A model generated the notes under the pieces. The model did no database searches, had not been told where the DNA came from, and saw only the letters and a list, made by a program, of their open reading frames with translations. Below are positions 1 to 10,524 of a stretch of 32,000 nt of DNA, piece after piece. The position numbers were made by a program, and so were the translations under genes. The stretch covers positions 1,710,001 to 1,742,000 of the forward strand of contig NC_007681.1 of the NCBI RefSeq assembly GCF_000012545.1. Direction: 5' to 3'. Positions within the stretch are counted from its first letter, which is position 1; every line of letters starts with the position of its first letter. The stretch comes from Methanosphaera stadtmanae DSM 3091 (GTDB lineage: Archaea > Methanobacteriota > Methanobacteria > Methanobacteriales > Methanobacteriaceae).

Positions 1-324
1 TTCTGGTGTTACATTATATGGAATAACTTCATATAATTCAGAGTTTTTATTATGTCCTTTAAATATATCATGTGCCTTTTGAACATTAGATATTGCTGAT
101 GAAATTATTTTTGCTTCCCTTCTTTCACAGATTTCAATGGTTATTCTTTGAGCATCTCTTAATTGGTATGCTTCTAAGGATAGGGGATTATCATCAACTA
201 CTTTTAATAGACTTTGAAGATAATTAGATGCATCATCATAAAAAGAATCATCAATTTCAGATAATGGTCCATCAGTTCTTTCTTTCTTTTGTATATCTCT
301 TAACTTTCGAAAAAAATCATTCAA
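1..324 (-). CDS. GINS-family replication factor subunit (Gins51-like), N-terminal part; the gene runs off the left edge
   Basis: My own translation of the minus strand from TTG at 324-322, which follows an in-frame TAA: LNDFFRKLRDIQKKERTDGPLSEIDDSFYDDASNYLQSLLKVVDDNPLSLEAYQLRDAQRITIEICERREAKIISSAISNVQKAH... The helical pattern (FY, R..KI) resembles the archaeal GINS A-domain, and the gene is adjacent to PCNA. It is absent from the ORF track because it is truncated. Confidence 0.45.
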   Translation of the reverse strand, partial: MNDFFRKLRDIQKKERTDGPLSEIDDSFYDDASNYLQSLLKVVDDNPLSLEAYQLRDAQRITIEICERREAKIISSAISNVQKAHDIFKGHNKNSELYEVIPYNVTPE

Positions 325-427
325 TTATATTATCCCCTTTTTTTAGTATTTTTTATATAATTCAACTACTATTTTTTCCTAATTTAAATTCTTTATTAAA
401 AAAAATAAAGAGAGCATCACGTTATTA

Positions 428-1162
428 TTAATCTTCTTCTTCAAGTCTAGGTGCTAATAGGAATGAAAGTAATCCTTCCTCATTTAGAAGTTCTAAATAT
501 AATGTTAAAGGCATGTCTGTACCTATTGAGAGATATGTGTTGTCTGAAAATTTTTCTGCTTTTAACATTTCCTTAATATTACTTATAGCATAAACAGCTC
601 TTGCTTTTTCATTTATTTTTTCACCATGAAGATATTCTATTTTTGCATCAGCAAAGTCTCCAACAGCCTCTAGAGTTAATTTATCTTCATCTACTTCAAA
701 TGATACTCTATCAGATACTATTTCAATATCTTGTATTGCTTCTTTAAGTATTGAAACTGGAATAGGTATTTTTATGTCATATGGAATATCTGGTTGGGAG
801 GGAGTATCATATTCTAAATCTATAAGTTTTACTTTGAATGTCTTTTTAACTGCTCCTTCAAATGTTAAAATAAGATTACCAACATCTACTGTTAATTCCA
901 TTACATCATCATTTTTTGATCTTTTAAGTACTTTCATTAATTCTTCAGTATCTAAATTTAATTTAATTGGTTTATCACATTCATAAATATCAAATAAACT
1001 TTCCTTTAATTCCAGGTGTACATATGTAATATGGCTTCTGTCAATTGCATTTAATCTAAGTCCATCAGAATCAACTTCTATTTGTACTTCATCAACTATT
1101 GATGAAATTGCATCAAAACTTGTTTTAAAAATACTTGGATCACTTAATACTAGTTTAAACAC
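428..1162 (-). CDS. pcn: DNA polymerase sliding clamp PCNA
   Basis: 244 aa, the typical archaeal PCNA length and two-domain pattern (MFKLVL...SFDAIS...VDE...GL.L.A.D.SH...), with an acidic C-terminus LAPRLEEED. Confidence 0.9.
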
Positions 1163-1350
1163 TATAAAATACTCTCCTTTATAAATTCAATTTTTTTATA
1201 TTATATATAAGATTTGAATTTAGATAATAATAAATTTATCATTTAATAATGAATTATTATAAAAATAGTACTGCAATACTTAAAAATAGAATGAATCATA
1301 TAAACAACTACTTTAATTAAAAAAAGATTTTTCATGAATCGATACCTAAC

Positions 1351-2139
1351 TTATTTTTCCTTTTTTTCATGTTTTGGTTTAGGCATTTCATCATTTGAAT
1401 CAAAATTAGCAATTTCATTAAGTCCAAGGAATGATATTATTTTATTGTAGAATGCTAATACCATAATAAGTATTCCAAGTAATATAAGTCCCATTGCAAA
1501 GGATTCATGTTCTCCATTTATTACATGATCTGATACTGTAATAACTTCAGTAAATGATTGTATTACTCCTATCAAAAATATAATTACACCCAATACACAT
1601 ATTGCAGTTTGAAGTAGTGAATTTTTGTTAAATTTAAAATTACCAGATACTGATACTTTTTTCTTAATTCTATCTGTGTTAAATTGATTTAATAATGGAA
1701 CTCCATTTTCATCAACTTTAACATCATCAATTATTTTAGTAGATTTATTTTTAGATAAAGATTTATTTGAATCGAATTTTTCATCTTCATTTTTATCTTT
1801 AACTTCAGATTTAACTTCTTTTACATCTTCAGATTTAGTATTATCTTTAACTTTAGGTTCTACTATTTCTGTACTTTCTTCATTATCATTATTAATATCA
1901 ACTTTATCAATGACTTCCATTAGTTTAGATGCTTTATATGATGAATTTTCTTTAACAATAGCCCCTGATTTACTATCATATTCTGGAATAAATTCAGCAC
2001 CTTGTTGATCTATTACATCTAAAGGATCTTTTTCTGTTTCAATAGTAGGTTCATCAATTTTATTTAATTCATCCAAGGGATCAATTTCAGTATGATTATC
2101 CTCATTTGAGTTTTTATCTTTATTTGACACTGTCATCAC
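1351..2139 (-). CDS. hypothetical membrane protein with an acidic/Lys-rich low-complexity N-terminal region
   Basis: 262-aa ORF. About 170 aa are D/E/K/N-rich, followed by two hydrophobic helices (LLQTAICVLGVIIFLIGVI; FAMGLILLGILIMVLAF). I recognise no family. Confidence 0.5.
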   Translation of the reverse strand: MMTVSNKDKNSNEDNHTEIDPLDELNKIDEPTIETEKDPLDVIDQQGAEFIPEYDSKSGAIVKENSSYKASKLMEVIDKVDINNDNEESTEIVEPKVKDNTKSEDVKEVKSEVKDKNEDEKFDSNKSLSKNKSTKIIDDVKVDENGVPLLNQFNTDRIKKKVSVSGNFKFNKNSLLQTAICVLGVIIFLIGVIQSFTEVITVSDHVINGEHESFAMGLILLGILIMVLAFYNKIISFLGLNEIANFDSNDEMPKPKHEKKEK

Positions 2140-2333
2140 AAATTAAATAATTAGGATATATTTCCTTATTTTATTAAAAGTTAATAATATAATTCCCAGT
2201 TCATGTAACAAAAACAATATAACAACATGAACATATGTTTTAATTCTTAATTATTAATTTAAATCTTAATATAATAAATAACTTACTATTACGTAAAATA
2301 ATACAAAAATAAAATATAGTAATATTTTTCTTT

Positions 2334-2340
2334 AAAAAAA
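2334..2340 (-). terminator. oligo-T (T7 on the minus strand) archaeal terminator candidate downstream of tfs
   Basis: A7 run on the plus strand, 21 nt past the tfs stop. Archaeal RNA polymerase terminates at oligo-T tracts. Confidence 0.35.
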
Positions 2341-2360
2341 GATAATATTAAAGATTATAC

Positions 2361-2678
2361 TTAATCATATTCTCTCCAAGTATAATCACATTCAGTACAT
2401 CTGAAAAATCTTGTTTCTGATTCATCAGCACTTCTTGTTTGTTGTAACCACCAAAATGCTAATTTATTACCACATTTTGGACAAATAACCTTTATTGTAG
2501 GTAATGTTTTTACATTTCCATCTGTAACAATCACTGTATCTTCTTTATCAACCTTTTCAGCAACTTCGTATTGTTTTTTTGATTCTTCAGTTACTCCTTT
2601 TTCATATCCACATGCATCACATGTAAATTTACCATCTTTTGGAAATAATACTTTTCCACATTCAGGACAAAATTCCAT
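2361..2678 (-). CDS. tfs: transcription factor S (TFS; TFIIS/RpoM-like)
   Basis: 105 aa. N-terminal Zn ribbon CPECG..CDACG, and the C-terminal TFIIS-type ribbon CPKCG...[22 protein letters not shown] with the acidic hairpin. Confidence 0.9.
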   Translation of the reverse strand: MEFCPECGKVLFPKDGKFTCDACGYEKGVTEESKKQYEVAEKVDKEDTVIVTDGNVKTLPTIKVICPKCGNKLAFWWLQQTRSADESETRFFRCTECDYTWREYD

Positions 2679-2769
2679 TTGTAATCTAAATCTCCTTATT
2701 TTTTTATGATTTATTAAGTTATATTTTATCTATTACAATTAATATTAAATTATGTATAATTACTTTTAT

Positions 2770-3171
2770 TTATAAACTAGCATCATTAATTATAATTTCA
2801 TGATCAAATGCTAAATCTACATCTTTTAAATCATCAATTTCAATAAATATTGCATCTTTTGCATCAGAATCAGAATGAAGTTTTCCTCCAATTATATGTG
2901 CAATATATGCTACTGTAACAGTATGTCCTCTCGGGTCACGATTTGGATCTGAATAGACCCCTACTAGTTTATCTAATGTTATATCCAATCCAGTTTCTTC
3001 TTTTGCTTCTCTCACTGCAGCATCTTCAACCTTCTCCCCATATTCCACAAATCCTCCAGGTAGAGCCCAGTGATTTTTAAATGGATTGTTTAATCTTTTT
3101 ATGAGAACAATTTTATTATTATCTATAATTAAAGTATCTACTGTTAATGCAGGATTTCTATATTTTGACAT
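2770..3171 (-). CDS. NUDIX hydrolase (ADP-ribose pyrophosphatase-like)
   Basis: NUDIX box GGFVEYGEKVEDAAVREAKEETGL (GX5EX7REUXEEXGU). Confidence 0.85.
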   Translation of the reverse strand: MSKYRNPALTVDTLIIDNNKIVLIKRLNNPFKNHWALPGGFVEYGEKVEDAAVREAKEETGLDITLDKLVGVYSDPNRDPRGHTVTVAYIAHIIGGKLHSDSDAKDAIFIEIDDLKDVDLAFDHEIIINDASL

Positions 3172-3372
3172 GAAAAAATATATATTTAAAATAATTAATG
3201 TAGATTTCGAATATTAAATTTCATAAAAAAAAGAAGAACGTTATTAATTTATAAAATATCATTAATAATATTAAAGATATGATGATAACATCAATTAAAA
3301 TATTCACAAAATCAATTATTTGATAATTAAAAATTTAATAGAAAATAAGTTAAAAATTTCAAAAATCCAAAT

Positions 3373-3380
3373 AAAAAAAA
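3373..3380 (-). terminator. oligo-T (T8 on the minus strand) terminator candidate downstream of rpoL
   Basis: A8 run on the plus strand, 15 nt past the rpoL stop. Confidence 0.35.
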
Positions 3381-3394
3381 TAAAAAAGAATTAA

Positions 3395-3661
3395 TTATTC
3401 TTCAAATCCCTTAATTAATGCATCTTTAAATGATAAAGCTTCTTCTTTAACTTCTTTTGCAGCGTTAGTCATTGATTTTCTTGGATTTGAACTACGAATT
3501 TCAAATTCTGGTTGTCCAATAAGAGGATGTGTAATATCATATGCAGCAGCATCAACCTCATCATAATCCATGAGTCTTTTTCTTAAAATATTACATATTG
3601 TATGACTTTCTCCAGTAATTTCCAATACTAATTTTTCAGGTTGTTCTTCAATAACTTTCAT
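3395..3661 (-). CDS. rpoL: DNA-directed RNA polymerase subunit L (Rpo11)
   Basis: 88 aa with the motif pattern L.I.GE.HT..N.LR..L......AAY...HPL. It lies in the conserved dph2-csl4-rpoL block. Confidence 0.85.
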   Translation of the reverse strand: MKVIEEQPEKLVLEITGESHTICNILRKRLMDYDEVDAAAYDITHPLIGQPEFEIRSSNPRKSMTNAAKEVKEEALSFKDALIKGFEE

Positions 3662-4229
3662 CTATATATTCTCCATATTTACTTGATAATTTACGTGAAT
3701 CAATAGTTCCACATTCACATTCTAACACATGTTTTTTATTTAACTTCATGTATTTACGGCAATTAACACACATTGCCTTTATAACACCTAGATTATCCTG
3801 TAAAGTTGATAATTCAATATACTCTGGACCTAAAATAGAGTTTACCTCTGCTTCAACAATATCCCCTATCTTAAATAAATCATATACTGTTGAATTATAC
3901 TCATCAGATACCTTTGATATATGAATATAACCCTTATAAGCTGCAACCAATTCACGATTAGAACCCACAATCTTCTTAATTGTAATTAGTACTTTATGTG
4001 CTTTAACATCAGTCACATACCCAATAACAGTATCTCCTACTTTTATCTGCTTTGGAGCATTTCTAGAAATTACAGATATTGTTTTTTCAACATCATCAAC
4101 AGATACTCTACCATAAATACTTGATTTAACATATCCCTCATCAACATATGTCCAATCAAAGGGAGTATATTCCTCATAAGTACATAGAATTTCTCCAGGT
4201 AATACTATTTCATTTTCTTCATGATTCAT
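3648..4229 (-). CDS. csl4: exosome complex RNA-binding protein Csl4
   Basis: 193 aa. S1-like central domain (GDTVIGYVTDVKAHKVLITI...) and a C-terminal Zn ribbon CVNCR...CECG. It overlaps rpoL by 14 nt, as is typical for this superoperon. Confidence 0.8.
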   Translation of the reverse strand: MNHEENEIVLPGEILCTYEEYTPFDWTYVDEGYVKSSIYGRVSVDDVEKTISVISRNAPKQIKVGDTVIGYVTDVKAHKVLITIKKIVGSNRELVAAYKGYIHISKVSDEYNSTVYDLFKIGDIVEAEVNSILGPEYIELSTLQDNLGVIKAMCVNCRKYMKLNKKHVLECECGTIDSRKLSSKYGEYIDESY

Positions 4230-4336
4230 TTAAATTACTACCTATAATAACATGAACTAATGTTTTATCAATAGAATTCAATAAATTTATATTATATTAA
4301 TATCTTTTTTTAATTAATAATAAAATTATCCATAAC

Positions 4337-5356
4337 TCATGTTTGTTCATCATGGATTATAATCTCATCCATTTGATAATCATCCCAATCCCTAATACCT
4401 AACACAATTTCCAATTCACCTGGTGTTAAAACAGGCTTCTTATACATTGCACTATCATCAATAGCAATTCTTGGACATGCAGTCATTACAAATGCATCCA
4501 AATCAAATGGTAATAACCTATCTGGAGAAATATAATCCATATTTAGTAATTTAGCCTTGAATCCATGCTTTTTAATTAAATTTTGTAATGATATGGCTAA
4601 ATCAAAACGTAATTGACCTTTTTTTGAAGAAATTATAATTCCATATGATTTTGCCTCTTTAGCTTTAGTTATTCTTGCAAATCTTACACGAAGAATCTTA
4701 TCATAAAATGCTTCAATATCCCTTGACTTACCAGTAAATGGATCAGCCAATAGAACAGGTTTTTTTGTAAATAATTTAACTCCAAGAGCATGAAAATCTC
4801 CACTTCCCACATAGATTATAACATCAACATCTAAATTCTTTATAGACGTAAAATTACAACCTAACACCTGTGCTTGAGAGGTTCCCATACCATTATCAAG
4901 TTTTACAATATAACCTTCATCTTCTATCAATGAAATCATTTCATCTAATTTATGAATATGTTGTGTTGTTGTTACAAGACCAATTGTTTTAACATTATCA
5001 TCTAAACTAGATAATGCATCTTTAATTGGAACTTCAACATCAGCACTAGAATATGCTTCTATAAACAAAGTAGGACATTCTGTTTTAATAGGCAATGGAG
5101 TATGTGCAAAATGCACAACTAAATCAATATGATGATTTACTTTATTATCTGCTAAATCACATGCCCCAAAACATGGATCTGCATCTATTATAATGTTAAC
5201 ATCATCTACAACTTCACTAATTCTATCTGCAACATCCATTGCATCAACTTTAAGTCCTTCTGGAAATTGTAAAATAACATTAGAAGCACCTATTTCTTCG
5301 ATTTTATCTCGAATAACATCTATTTTATAGTCATAATCTATTGTTGCCATTATCAT
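4337..5356 (-). CDS. dph2: diphthamide synthesis protein Dph2 (2-(3-amino-3-carboxypropyl)histidine synthase)
   Basis: 339 aa. The three-domain Dph2 pattern with conserved Cys (DADPCFGACD, VLGCNF, MTACPRIAIDD), next to csl4. Confidence 0.8.
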   Translation of the reverse strand: MIMATIDYDYKIDVIRDKIEEIGASNVILQFPEGLKVDAMDVADRISEVVDDVNIIIDADPCFGACDLADNKVNHHIDLVVHFAHTPLPIKTECPTLFIEAYSSADVEVPIKDALSSLDDNVKTIGLVTTTQHIHKLDEMISLIEDEGYIVKLDNGMGTSQAQVLGCNFTSIKNLDVDVIIYVGSGDFHALGVKLFTKKPVLLADPFTGKSRDIEAFYDKILRVRFARITKAKEAKSYGIIISSKKGQLRFDLAISLQNLIKKHGFKAKLLNMDYISPDRLLPFDLDAFVMTACPRIAIDDSAMYKKPVLTPGELEIVLGIRDWDDYQMDEIIIHDEQT

Positions 5357-5364
5357 ACACCAAA

Positions 5365-5946
5365 TTAATCTTCAACAATTGTAACTTTTCCATCAACCAT
5401 TTTAATTCTAACTAGTGTATCTATAGTATATCCTGTTTCTTTTTCTACAATTTCCCTACCTTGATCTTTTTCTATTGGTAAAATAATATTAACCAGATTT
5501 GCTCCAATTCTATCAAATGCTTTTATTACACTAAGAAGAGTTCCACCAGTACTTACAACATCATCTATAAGTAATATATTATCATTTTCATAAATTCCAT
5601 TGATATATAATTCATTTTCACTGTAACCTGTTTGTTGATGTACTTGACATTCACCTTCAAGACCATATGATCTTTTACGTACAACAACAAAAGGTATACC
5701 TGTTTTAATAGATAAAGCTGTAGCCAATGGAATTCCCATTGATTCTATACCTACAATTTTATCAATTAATTCAAGATTATAATTATCAATAATATAGTCA
5801 ATAATATCATTTAATAAATCTGGTTCTACAAGAGGTACACCATCACTTATAGGATGTACAAAGTAGTAATAATCACCTTTTTTAACAACAGGACATTCTA
5901 ATAACGATTTTTTTAACTCATCTAACATGCAAAAACCCCATATCAA
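5365..5946 (-). CDS. hpt: purine (hypoxanthine/guanine-type) phosphoribosyltransferase
   Basis: PRPP-binding motif [13 protein letters not shown] and the archaeal Hpt-like N-terminus. The true start is probably the ATG at 5928 (MLDELKK...). Confidence 0.75.
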   Translation of the reverse strand: MIWGFCMLDELKKSLLECPVVKKGDYYYFVHPISDGVPLVEPDLLNDIIDYIIDNYNLELIDKIVGIESMGIPLATALSIKTGIPFVVVRKRSYGLEGECQVHQQTGYSENELYINGIYENDNILLIDDVVSTGGTLLSVIKAFDRIGANLVNIILPIEKDQGREIVEKETGYTIDTLVRIKMVDGKVTIVED

Positions 5947-6164
5947 TTAATAAAAAGTATAATTCCCATTAAGTATTCAATGTTTATAATGAATCCAATT
6001 AAGATAACTTTTCTATTAAATATATATAAGTTGTTCTAAATTATTATTTTTTAAGGAAGATATTCCATATTAGAAAAATAGGAAAATATTTAGATAATTT
6101 TATTAAATTCATAATATCAATATAAAAGTAGATAAAAATAGTATTTAATTATAATCTATTACCA

Positions 6165-6170
6165 AGGAGG
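6165..6170 (+). promoter_or_regulatory. Shine-Dalgarno site AGGAGG for srp54
   Basis: AGGAGG lies 6 nt upstream of the ATG at 6177. Confidence 0.6.
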
Positions 6171-6176
6171 TCAAAA

Positions 6177-7511
6177 ATGCTAGAAGGATTAAGTGAGAGT
6201 CTAACACAAACAATGAAAAAATTAGCGGGAATGTCTATAATCGATAAAAAAACATTGAAAGATGTTACAAAGGATATACAAAGAGCACTCATACAATCAG
6301 ATGTAAATGTTAAAGTAGTATTTGGTCTTACAAAAAAAATAGAAAAACGAGCACTTGAAGAAGAATTACCAAAAGGACTAAGTCCTAAAGAACATGTAAT
6401 GCGTATTGTATACCAAGAGCTAGTAAATTTAATTGGTGAAAAACCTGAAGAACTAAAAATTAACAGGAAACCATACAAAATAATGATGTTAGGTCTACAA
6501 GGTAGTGGTAAAACAACTACAACAGCAAAATTAGTGAAACATCTGAAGAAAAAAGGACATACATCAGCAATAGTATGTACAGATACTTGGAGACCTGCAG
6601 CATATGAACAGTTAAGACAACTAACAGAACCATTAGATGTACCAGTATTTGGAGATCCTGAAAATAAGGATGCAATTGATCTTGCCAAGAAAGGACTTGA
6701 AAAATGTGGTTCTAAATACGATGTAATATTAGTTGATACAGCAGGAAGACATAAAGAAGAAAAAGACCTACTTGACGAAATGGCTGAATTAAGCCAAATA
6801 GTTCAACCTGATGAAGTAATACTTGTTATAGATGGAACAATAGGACAACAAGCACGTAGCCAAGCAGAAACATTCAAGAAAACAACAGATATTGGTTCAA
6901 TTATAGTAAGTAAACTTGATGGATCTGCAAAAGGTGGAGGTGCATTATCTGCTGTAGCTGAAATAAGAGCACCAATAAAATTTATAGGTACAGGAGAACG
7001 TGTGGATGACTTTGAAGCATTTGATCCTGAAAGATTTATTTCACGATTACTTGGAATGGGCGACCTTGACACATTAATAGAAAAAGCTGCAGAAGTAACT
7101 TCAGAGAAATCTGATAAAGAAATGATAGATTCCATCATAAGTGGTAAATTTACATTAAAAGATATGGAAAATCAGTTAGAAATGATGAATAAAATGGGAC
7201 CTATCCAACAAATAATGAAATTAATACCAGGTCTTGGTAATCAACTACCAGCCAATGCATCAAAAGTAACAGAAGAGAAACTAGGAATGTATAAAATACT
7301 AATGAATTCAATGACAACATATGAATTGGAAAATCCTGAAGTAATTAAAAAATCAAGAATAAATCGTATAAGTAGAGGAGCAGGACTTACAAATGATGAT
7401 GTTAAAGACCTACTTAAATACTATAATGTAACTAAGAAAGCCTTAAAAGGTATGGGTAAACGTAACATGAGTGGACCTATGGGTAAACTTATGCGACATA
7501 TGCAAAGATAA
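6177..7511 (+). CDS. srp54: signal recognition particle protein SRP54
   Basis: 444 aa. SRP GTPase motifs [15 protein letters not shown] and SKLDG, plus a Met-rich M domain ([17 protein letters not shown]). Confidence 0.95.
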   Translation: MLEGLSESLTQTMKKLAGMSIIDKKTLKDVTKDIQRALIQSDVNVKVVFGLTKKIEKRALEEELPKGLSPKEHVMRIVYQELVNLIGEKPEELKINRKPYKIMMLGLQGSGKTTTTAKLVKHLKKKGHTSAIVCTDTWRPAAYEQLRQLTEPLDVPVFGDPENKDAIDLAKKGLEKCGSKYDVILVDTAGRHKEEKDLLDEMAELSQIVQPDEVILVIDGTIGQQARSQAETFKKTTDIGSIIVSKLDGSAKGGGALSAVAEIRAPIKFIGTGERVDDFEAFDPERFISRLLGMGDLDTLIEKAAEVTSEKSDKEMIDSIISGKFTLKDMENQLEMMNKMGPIQQIMKLIPGLGNQLPANASKVTEEKLGMYKILMNSMTTYELENPEVIKKSRINRISRGAGLTNDDVKDLLKYYNVTKKALKGMGKRNMSGPMGKLMRHMQR

Positions 7512-7525
7512 CCCCCATTCACCTT

Positions 7526-10435
7526 TTATTTACCACACTTTTTTTCATAATCATCAATAATTTTATCAACACGTTTCTTAAATGTATGCTCTTTTACAAG
7601 ACTTGGATTAATAGGACCTATCTTTAAAGCTTCTTCTATCTTATTATTAATGTCTTTTTCACCATCATACAATACAACAGCATTTTCTGGGAAAATATCC
7701 CTAATACCATATATATTATCTGACAAAACAACAGTTCCACAAGCTACAGCATCAAATATTCTGTTGGATATAAATCCCTTTTCACGCATATCCTTCCAAT
7801 GATCATTTAATACAACTTTTGTAGATGAATATGCTTTATATAACTGTTTATTTGGAATATGTTCCGCTATAATGTATTTATCATCAACAATTCCATTCCA
7901 ACCATCACCATACACATTCAGGTCATATTCTGTTGGTAATAAATCATGAAGTACTTTTCTATATACATTTCTTGAATTACCTACAAACAATAATTGAGTA
8001 TCATATTCTGGTGTATATTGTCTATGAAATAGTGTTGTGTCAGTACATTGTAATAATTCTTCAACATCTGTTTTAAGAACATTCTTAAGTGCATTTGTCC
8101 AGTATTTTGATGCAACATAAACCTGATTATATGAATCATACTCACCAACACTTACCAAATCAGGATGAGATATGTTCCACATGATATTATAATGTATTAT
8201 TTTAGGAACATATTCATATAATCCCCTAAGTAGAATTACAACATCATACAATCCATCACTAACTGAATCCCAGTTAATTTTTTTCTGTAATTTACAATAA
8301 TATCCTTTTTTATTAAATTCATGTTGTAAGTGGATGGCAAAATGGTAATCACCCCATATTCTTTTATCATATTCCTCAGTTACTGGTATTTTTATTAGAA
8401 TCTTTGTGGATTTAACATAATCTAAAAGAATTTCAACAAGTTTATTAGCACGTATATCATATGTATAATGTTTTAATACCATTGATTGAAGTTGTTCTAC
8501 TTTTGCTTTTCTTCTATCTGGATTTGATATATAAAAGTCCAATAATTCCTCAAGTGATTCCTTTGAATCATATATTGGCAATTTATCTCCAAAAAATTCC
8601 CGTATACCCTCTTTTCCATTACTTATTACAAGTACACCTACAGCTAAAGCATCAAATACTCTTGTATTAATAGATGATGATGTGTCTGTAAAGTCTGTTG
8701 CATCATCAAGTACTATTTTTGTAGATGCATATACCTTTGGCATGTTCATATAGGATATTCTCTTCTTATAGAATGATTTAAGTTTGGTTTTATCCCACCA
8801 GTTACCATATAAATTAAAGTCATATGGAATATCCTCTGGAACAAGAGAATTTACTAGATCTCTTTCTCTATCATCCCAATAATTACCAGCAAAACAATAA
8901 TCACATTCATATTTTTTTACACTTTCCACTTTTGAATTATACATAGATGTGTCTGTTGCCTTTGGAAATAGTATTGGTTTATATCCAGTATTTTTTTCAA
9001 TATATTTAATTCCTTCAGTATTTGAGACAAGAACAATATCATATGATTCAAAATAGGATTTATTAACCCACCATTCAAACCAATTAATTACCCATGCAAT
9101 TTTTATTAGAAGAGAATTTTTTGTCTTAATTTTATCAATATCATACCTATTTAAGAATGATATTAAAACATCAATATCTTCATTTATATTATAAATATCA
9201 TCAATTTTTTCAGATAGAAATTCAGTTTCATATCCCATATTATTAAGACTTCTAGCCAAACCCATACCAATAAAATAATCAGCTATATTTGCATGTTTAC
9301 CCTTTTCTGATACTACAAATGCAATTTTTAATGGTTTATCCGTGAATATATTATTTTTATTGATTTTATCTATGAATAATTCTTTTTTTAGAAAGGTATT
9401 CCATTTTTTTACGAAAAATGTTCTATTTTTTTCCTCTCTTTTATCTAATAAATCCTGTATAGGTGATTTTTCAGATTCATCCACAGAATAGAACAGTATT
9501 GAATCTGTATTACAGTAATTTACATAGCCCTTCTCATATAATTTTAGACATAAATCCTCTATTTCAAAACCATTATCATATTCTAAACTAAAACCACCTA
9601 CTTCATTAAATTTAGATTTCTCAACAAGTAACATATGTGATAATGCCGGTACTGGTTTAGTACTTGTTTTACTAGGAACATATGGTTTTTTATCATTAAT
9701 ATCATAAGGCACTATTTGAGTATTAATTTCCTTAAAACTCGTACCATCGTTTTTAATATATAGTTGATTGTTTGATACTTCCTTAGAATATACTATTCTT
9801 GAACCTACAGCCCCTACATCATCATGAGAGGTTGCTGTATCTAATAGATGATTAAGCCATCCATCCACCACATTTACTGAACTATTTAAAAATAGAACAT
9901 AATCTCCAAATACATATTTCATAATTTGTGAATAAATGTTTGAAAAGTTCTGATTTTTTTGATTATATATTTTTAATGGTATATTTCTAGATATTGACTT
10001 TAAAGATTCCATTAAAGTGCTTTCTATTCCATTATTAATGAGAATCAATTCATAATTGGGATAGTCTGTATGTTTTATAATTGAGTTAAATAATTGTTTT
10101 AAATGGGAAGTATTATTATTGAAAATAAAAATAGATATTTTTGGAGCATTATCATCATATTTTTTGTATGATTTTACTTCTATATCCTTTATTACTTTAT
10201 TAGGTTCATGAATATGAGTAAATTCCCTAATTTTCTTAAATAATTTATCTAATGATTTAATATGAGTTATTTTTTGAGCATTTATTACCTGATTTTTATT
10301 CTGTGTATGCTGATTTGATAAGGAATTTTTATATAGATAGCATTTGCTAAAGAATCTACTCTCATGTAGAAGTTCCTTAATATTCCCTGTTAAATCACTG
10401 ATTTTATTCTCTTTAAATAACATCTGCATAACCAT
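7526..10435 (-). CDS. large multi-module glycosyltransferase (GT2-like N-terminal module plus two CgeB/GT1-like C-terminal modules)
   Basis: 969 aa. GT2-like segment (ISIFIFNNN...YELILINNG...VLFLNSSV..GW). Two repeated modules: YASTKIVLDDA...NTRVFDALAVGVLVISN and YSSTKVVLNDH...SNRIFDAVACGTVVLSD. Confidence 0.7.
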   Translation of the reverse strand: MVMQMLFKENKISDLTGNIKELLHESRFFSKCYLYKNSLSNQHTQNKNQVINAQKITHIKSLDKLFKKIREFTHIHEPNKVIKDIEVKSYKKYDDNAPKISIFIFNNNTSHLKQLFNSIIKHTDYPNYELILINNGIESTLMESLKSISRNIPLKIYNQKNQNFSNIYSQIMKYVFGDYVLFLNSSVNVVDGWLNHLLDTATSHDDVGAVGSRIVYSKEVSNNQLYIKNDGTSFKEINTQIVPYDINDKKPYVPSKTSTKPVPALSHMLLVEKSKFNEVGGFSLEYDNGFEIEDLCLKLYEKGYVNYCNTDSILFYSVDESEKSPIQDLLDKREEKNRTFFVKKWNTFLKKELFIDKINKNNIFTDKPLKIAFVVSEKGKHANIADYFIGMGLARSLNNMGYETEFLSEKIDDIYNINEDIDVLISFLNRYDIDKIKTKNSLLIKIAWVINWFEWWVNKSYFESYDIVLVSNTEGIKYIEKNTGYKPILFPKATDTSMYNSKVESVKKYECDYCFAGNYWDDRERDLVNSLVPEDIPYDFNLYGNWWDKTKLKSFYKKRISYMNMPKVYASTKIVLDDATDFTDTSSSINTRVFDALAVGVLVISNGKEGIREFFGDKLPIYDSKESLEELLDFYISNPDRRKAKVEQLQSMVLKHYTYDIRANKLVEILLDYVKSTKILIKIPVTEEYDKRIWGDYHFAIHLQHEFNKKGYYCKLQKKINWDSVSDGLYDVVILLRGLYEYVPKIIHYNIMWNISHPDLVSVGEYDSYNQVYVASKYWTNALKNVLKTDVEELLQCTDTTLFHRQYTPEYDTQLLFVGNSRNVYRKVLHDLLPTEYDLNVYGDGWNGIVDDKYIIAEHIPNKQLYKAYSSTKVVLNDHWKDMREKGFISNRIFDAVACGTVVLSDNIYGIRDIFPENAVVLYDGEKDINNKIEEALKIGPINPSLVKEHTFKKRVDKIIDDYEKKCGK

Positions 10436-10524
10436 TAACTTTTTAATAATAATTTATTTAATTAGATATATAAGAATTTAATAATAATATAGTATAATAT
10501 AACATAGAATTATAGGAGTATTAA

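Noticed and set aside
228-431. 67-aa plus-strand ORF (MHHHKKNHQF...)
   Set aside because: It overlaps the 5-prime end of the minus-strand GINS-like gene and an AT-rich spacer. It is a low-complexity translation with no RBS.
6149-6688. 179-aa ORF on the minus strand, and the 111-aa ORF at 6803-7138
   Set aside because: Both lie entirely antisense to the strongly conserved srp54 gene. Their Ser/Phe/Cys-rich composition is typical of shadow ORFs, and they have no RBS.
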